Positions 58,936 to 64,000 of a stretch of 64,000 nt of DNA are shown piece by piece (position 1 is the stretch's first letter; every line of letters begins with the position of its first letter). The notes under the pieces were generated by a model. The model was not told where the DNA came from. It did no database searches and worked only from the letters and a program-made list of their open reading frames with translations. Both the position numbers and the translations under genes were made by a program. This stretch comes from Mobula hypostoma (lineage: Eukaryota), in NCBI RefSeq assembly GCF_963921235.1, contig NC_086108.1, positions 7,998,001-8,062,000 on the forward strand. Direction: 5' to 3'.

Positions 58936-59229
58936 GTTAGTTGAAACACTGACAAGGTAAATAAGCTCAAGCTCCAAAATGTTTCAAAGTAAAGGTTGTG
59001 GTTTATTATTTATTATTTAGAAAACTGATGCATTATATTCATTAACACATAATTAATTACAGGGTATTTCACAATTTTGTTAACATAGATTTCAGAACTA
59101 TATCAGTATAATTTCAAAATTATATTAACGTTATATAAAAAATTTCCTGTTGCGTGGCAACGAAGGCTATGTGCGTGGGAGCATTTCAGTAATTGCGCAG
59201 CTATGCAGTGCCACAGCTTAGAGAGAACA

Positions 59230-60770
59230 CTTTGCCTCCAAATTCCACCCTGCCCTCAAATTCACCCGGTCCATTTCCAACACTTCCCTTCCCTTTCTTG
59301 ATCTCACTGTCTCTATCTCTGGAGACAGTTCTTCCACTGATGTCTATTAAAAACCAACAGACTCTCATAGCTACCTGGACTATACCTCATCCCAACCTGC
59401 CACTTGTAAAAGTGCCATCCTTTTCTCTCAATTCCTCCAGCTCCACCACATCTGCTCTCAGGATAAGGCTTTTCATTCTAGAATGAATGAAATGTCCTCC
59501 TTTTTCAAAGGGCACATAGCCAAGTGGTTAAGACGTTTGTCTAGTGATCTGAAGGTCGCTAGTTCGATCCTCAGCTGTGGCAGCATGTTTGTGTCCTTGA
59601 GCAATGTCCTTGTCACATTGCTCTAGTGTCTGTGGGAGGACTGGCACCCCACACAGACTTCCAATCTGCACCTTGTAAGGCATGAAAATGCCCGACACGG
59701 GCCTCTCATGGTTTGAGTCGATGTTCCCTCCCCTCCCCTCACCTCCTTTTCAAAGAAAGGGGCTTCCCTTCCTCCACCACTAACACTGCCCTCAACTGCA
59801 TCTCTTTCATTTCACGCATGTCTGCTCTTACCCCATCCTCCTACCACCCTACCAGGGACAGGGTTCCTCTTGTCCTCACCTACCACCCCACCAGCCTTCG
59901 CATCCAGCATTCAGACTTCCGGCACCTCCAACTGGATCCCACCGCCAAACACATCTCCCCCCCCCCCAACACTTTCTGCCTTCCACAGGGATCACTCCCT
60001 ACGCGATTCCTTTGTCCACTCATCCCTCCTCACTGATCTCCCTCCTGGCACTTACCCTTGCGAGCGGAACAGGTGTTTCACCTGCCCCGACACCCCCTCC
60101 CTCACTCAGTGCCCCAAACACTCCTTCCACCTGTTCTGTGCTTGGTGCTCCCGGTGTGGCCTCCTGTATGTCGGTGAGACCTAGTGTAGATTAGGGGACC
60201 TCCTTACCGAGCATCTACGCTCTGTCTGCCAGAACTAGTGGGATCTCCCAGTGGCCACCCATTTTAATTCCACTTCCCATTCCCATTTCGATATGTCCAT
60301 CCATTGTCTCCTCCACTGTCGTGATAAGGCCACACTTAGGTTGGAGGAACCTTATATTCTGTTTGGGTAGCCTCCAAACTGATGGCATGAACATTAATTT
60401 TTCTCAAATTTCCAGTAATGCCTCCCCCCACTTCACCATTCCCCATCCCCTTGTCCCTCTCTCATGTTATCTCTTGCCCGCCCATCTCCTCCCTCTGGTG
60501 CTCCTCCTCCCCTCCCCCTTTTTTCTTTCTTCCATGGCCTTCTGTCCCTTTCACCAATCAACTTCCTTCCTCTCTGCTTCATCCCTCCCCACCCAAGGTT
60601 CATCAATCACCTGGAGTTTCACTCTCTCCTCCCCCAACTTTTAAATCTACTCCTCAGCTTTTTCTCTGCAGTCCTGCCGAAGGGTTTCGGTCTGAAACGT
60701 CGACTGTGCTTTTTTTTTCCATCGATGCTGCCTGGCCTGCTGAGTTCCTCCAGCATGTTGTCTGTGTTGT
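59230..60770 (+). mobile_element. Degenerate Penelope-like fragment interrupted by a SINE; mutated hammerhead at 60670-60705
   Basis: FKERGFPSS, RVPLVLTYHP, CSRCGLLYVGET; AGTCCTGCCGA...GAAACGTCGACT. Confidence 0.85.
59511..59741 (+). mobile_element. tRNA-derived SINE with TSD
   Basis: A box TAGCCAAGTGG, B box AGTTCGATCC, (CCCCT)n tail; TSD CCTCCTTTT(T)CAAAG at 59496-59510 and 59742-59755. Confidence 0.8.
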
Positions 60771-61109
60771 TAGAGAAAACGGTGTTCAGTTCTGTGGCGG
60801 GCACTTGAGTGGGACGAAAAGGAGGGGAAGATACAAAAATCCAAGGTGGAAAGGGACTTGGGAGTCCTTGTGCAGGATTCCCGGAAGGTTAATTCGCAGG
60901 TTAAGCCAGTGGTGAGGAAGGCAAATGCAATGTTAGCATTGATCTTGAGAAAACTAGAAGATAAATGCAATGTTGAGGGTTTATATGGCACTGGTGAGGC
61001 CTTACTTGGAATATTGTGAGTAGTTTCGGGCCTCTTGTCAAAGAAACGATGAGCTGACATTGGAATGGGTTCAATGGAGGTTCATGAAAATGATTGGGGA
61101 TTGAAAGGC

Positions 61110-61476
61110 TTTTCAACATTCGATAGGTTTCAATGAGGTCACCCCTTATTCTTCTGAATTTCAGTGAGTACAGGCCCAGAGCCACCAAGGCTCCTCCTAT
61201 GAGAAGCTTTTCATAGAGAAAAAAATAGGTGCAGGAGTAGGCCATTCGGCCCTTCGAGCCTGCACTGCCATTTATTATGATCATTGGATGATCAGCCATG
61301 ATCATAATAAATGGCAGTGCAGGCTCGAAAGGCCGAATGGCCTACTCCTGCACCTATTTTCTATGTTTCTATGAAAAGCTTCTCATAGGAGGAGCCTTTG
61401 ATGGCTCTGGGCCTGTACTCACTGAAATTCAGAAGAATAAGGGGTGACCTCATTGAAACCTATCGAATGTTGAAAA
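61110..61476. repeat. ~367-bp spacerless inverted repeat built from CR1 sequence
   Basis: The arms are reverse complements centred on TGATCA (61289-61294), with a few mismatches and indels. Confidence 0.92.
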
Positions 61477-62737
61477 CCCTCCATAGAGTAGATTCTGTGT
61501 TTGCCTGCTCCATTGGCAGATATGAGCAGGAAGACGAGGGTAAATGACACGGGTTAAACAAGGGCAGTGAAACGAGAGAAACATTAAACACTGGAAACAC
61601 TCTCCACAGCTGATCCCTGATCTGCTGAGTATCTCTCGTGTTCCCACCAACTGCAACCTTCTGACTTTAGCCTTATGTTGCCAGTGGGTCAGCAGGGTTG
61701 AGATGGGCTGAAGTGCCTGTTTCAGTCCTCTGCAGCTCTCAGTTATTATTCAGGACCAACTTGAAAAGGAGCAGAGGGTGAGATGAGAGGGGCTGAGAGG
61801 AGGTCACAGGTACTAGTTTAGAACTTACGAGCACTACCTCGCTACTTTTTTATTTCTATTTCAGCACTATTTAGTTAATTTAACGATTACAAATATATAC
61901 TCACTGTAATTTATGCTTTTTCTCTATATTATTATGCATTGCATTGTACTGCTGCCGCAAAAACAATAAATTTCACGACATATGCGTGTTATATTAAACC
62001 TGACTCTTGTGTTTATGTGGTGATGTAAATGTTTCTCTGAAGAATTGGGCGGGTAGAGTCTGAGTGGGAGAATGCCGGTGGAATTAAGTTCTGAATAGAT
62101 AGGCCAAATTACCTGTGCTGTAATTCAAGGTTCAAAGTCCAAAGAAAATTATTATCAAAGTACATATATGTCAGAATCTTTTACCCTGAGATTCATTTCC
62201 TTGCAGGCATTTACAGGAAAATAAAGAAATATAACAGAATTTACCATAAACTATAAATGTCAATGTCTGAAAAACATGCAAGATTCGAGATTCAAAGTGA
62301 ATTATTATTAAAGTGTGTCTGCAGAAAACAACCCTGAGATTTTTCTTACCCACAGACAGCCACAAAACAAAGAAAATCATACAGCCCGTTCAGAGAATAA
62401 ACATCAAACTCTCTACCCCACATGCAAAGAATAAACAAATCGTACAAAAAGCAACAAAAATAAAGAGCGACAAACACAGCATAAAAAACACAAAATTGAA
62501 CAAGTCCAGGCATAGTCAGTACAGCTCAGTGCCCATGATCTGCTGGTTGCCCTGATTCAAATTCACTGAAAATAGCAACAAAAGAGAGGACAACCAGAAA
62601 CACATCATAACGTGAACTACAGAAATGTGTAAAAAACAGACTATTTATGCAAATAAAAAGTAAATAAATAATATTGAGAACATGAGTTGCAGAGTCCTTG
62701 AAAGTGAGTCTGTAGGTTCTAAAATCAGTTCAGTGTT

Positions 62738-64000
62738 GTGGTGAGTGAAGTTATCCACACTGGTTCAGGAGCCTGATGGTTGTGGGGTAATAATTGTTCC
62801 TGAACCTGGTGGTGTGGGACCTGAGGCTCATTGTGGTGAGTGAAGTTATCCACACTGGTTCAGGAGCCTGATGGTTGTGGGGTAATAATTGTTCCTGAAC
62901 CTGGTGGTGTGGGACCTGAGGCTCATTGTGGTGAGTGAAGTTATCCACACTGGTTCAGGAGCCTGATGGTTGTGGGGTAATAATTGTTCCTGAACCTGGT
63001 GGTGTGGGACCTGAGGCTCATTGTGGTGAGTGAAGTTATCCACACTGGTTCAGGAGCCTGATGGTTGTGGGGTAATAACTGTTCCTGAACCTGGTGGTGT
63101 GGGACCTGAGGCTCATTGTGGTGAGTGACGTTATCCACACTGGTTCAGGAGCCTGATGGTTGTGGGGTAATAACTGTCCCTGAACCTGGTGGTGTGGGAC
63201 CTGAGGCTCATTGTGGTGAATGAAGTTATCCACACTGGTTCAGGAGCCTGATGGTTGTGGGGTAATAACTATTCCTGAACCTGGTGGTGTGGGACCTGAG
63301 ACTCATTATGGTGAGTGAAGTTATCCACACTGGTTCAGGAGCCTGATGGTTGTGGGGTGATAACTGTTCCTGAACCTGGTGGTGTGGGACCTGAGGCTCA
63401 TTGTGGTGAGTGAAGTTATCCACACTGGTTCAGGAGCCTGATGGTTGTGGGGTGATAGTTGTTCCTGAACCTGGTGGTGTGGGACCTGAGGCTCATTGTG
63501 GTGAGTGAAGTTATCCACACTGGTTCAGGAGCCTGATGGTTGTGGGGTGATAACTGTTCCTGAACCTGGTGGTGTGGGACCTGAGGCTCATTGTGGTGAG
63601 TGACGTTATCCACACTGGTTCAGGAGCCTGATGGTTGTGGGGTGATAACTGTTCCTGAACCTGGTGGTGTGGGACCTGAGGCTCATTGTGGTGAGTGAAG
63701 TTATCCACACTGGTTCAGGAGCCTGATGGTTGTGGGGTAATAACTGTCCCTGAACCTGGTGGTGTGGGACCTGAGGCTCATTGTGGTGAGTGAAGTTATC
63801 CACACTGGTTCAGGAGCCTGATGGTTGTGGGGTAATAACTGTCCCTGAACCTGGTGGTGTGGGACCTGAGGCTCATTGTGGTGAGTGAAGTTATCCATAC
63901 TGGTTCAGGAGCCTGATGGTTGTGGGGTAATAACTGTCCCTGAACCTGGTGGTGTGGGACCTGAGGCTCATTGTGGTGAGTGAAGTTATCCACACTGGTT
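62738..64000 (-). repeat. 95-bp tandem array (13+ copies, runs off the right edge), inverted relative to 54106-55515
   Basis: Same unit on the minus strand; Rex1-type 3'UTR at ~62675-62740. Confidence 0.97.

Overview
Repeat-dense vertebrate genomic DNA, most likely from a cartilaginous fish (inferred from the globin X sequence and the HE1/V-SINE-like, CR1, Rex1 and Penelope repeats). The only host gene I can support is a minus-strand globin X (GbX) gene. Two of its internal exons lie here (38608-38715 and 13156-13276) with canonical splice sites and GbX-type intron phases; exon 1 and the last exons were not found and presumably lie outside the window. The rest is intronic and filled with nested transposable elements. 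These include an intact full-length Tx1-type LINE inside a tRNA-Trp-primed Gypsy element, an internally deleted Gmr1-like (SCAN-Gag) LTR element plus a solo LTR, Penelope-like elements with hammerhead ribozyme motifs, CR1/RTE/Rex1 LINE fragments, SINEs, a Tigger-like deletion derivative and a hAT remnant. There are also several TE-derived minisatellites (20, 21, 22, 38 and 95 bp units) and several long inverted repeats. I found no clearly new biological system. The best candidates for a second look are the asymmetric hammerheads, the inverted LINE-derived 95-bp arrays, the spacerless palindrome and a Cys at position F9 of GbX. Boundaries of degenerate repeats are approximate; TSD-defined ones were read base by base.
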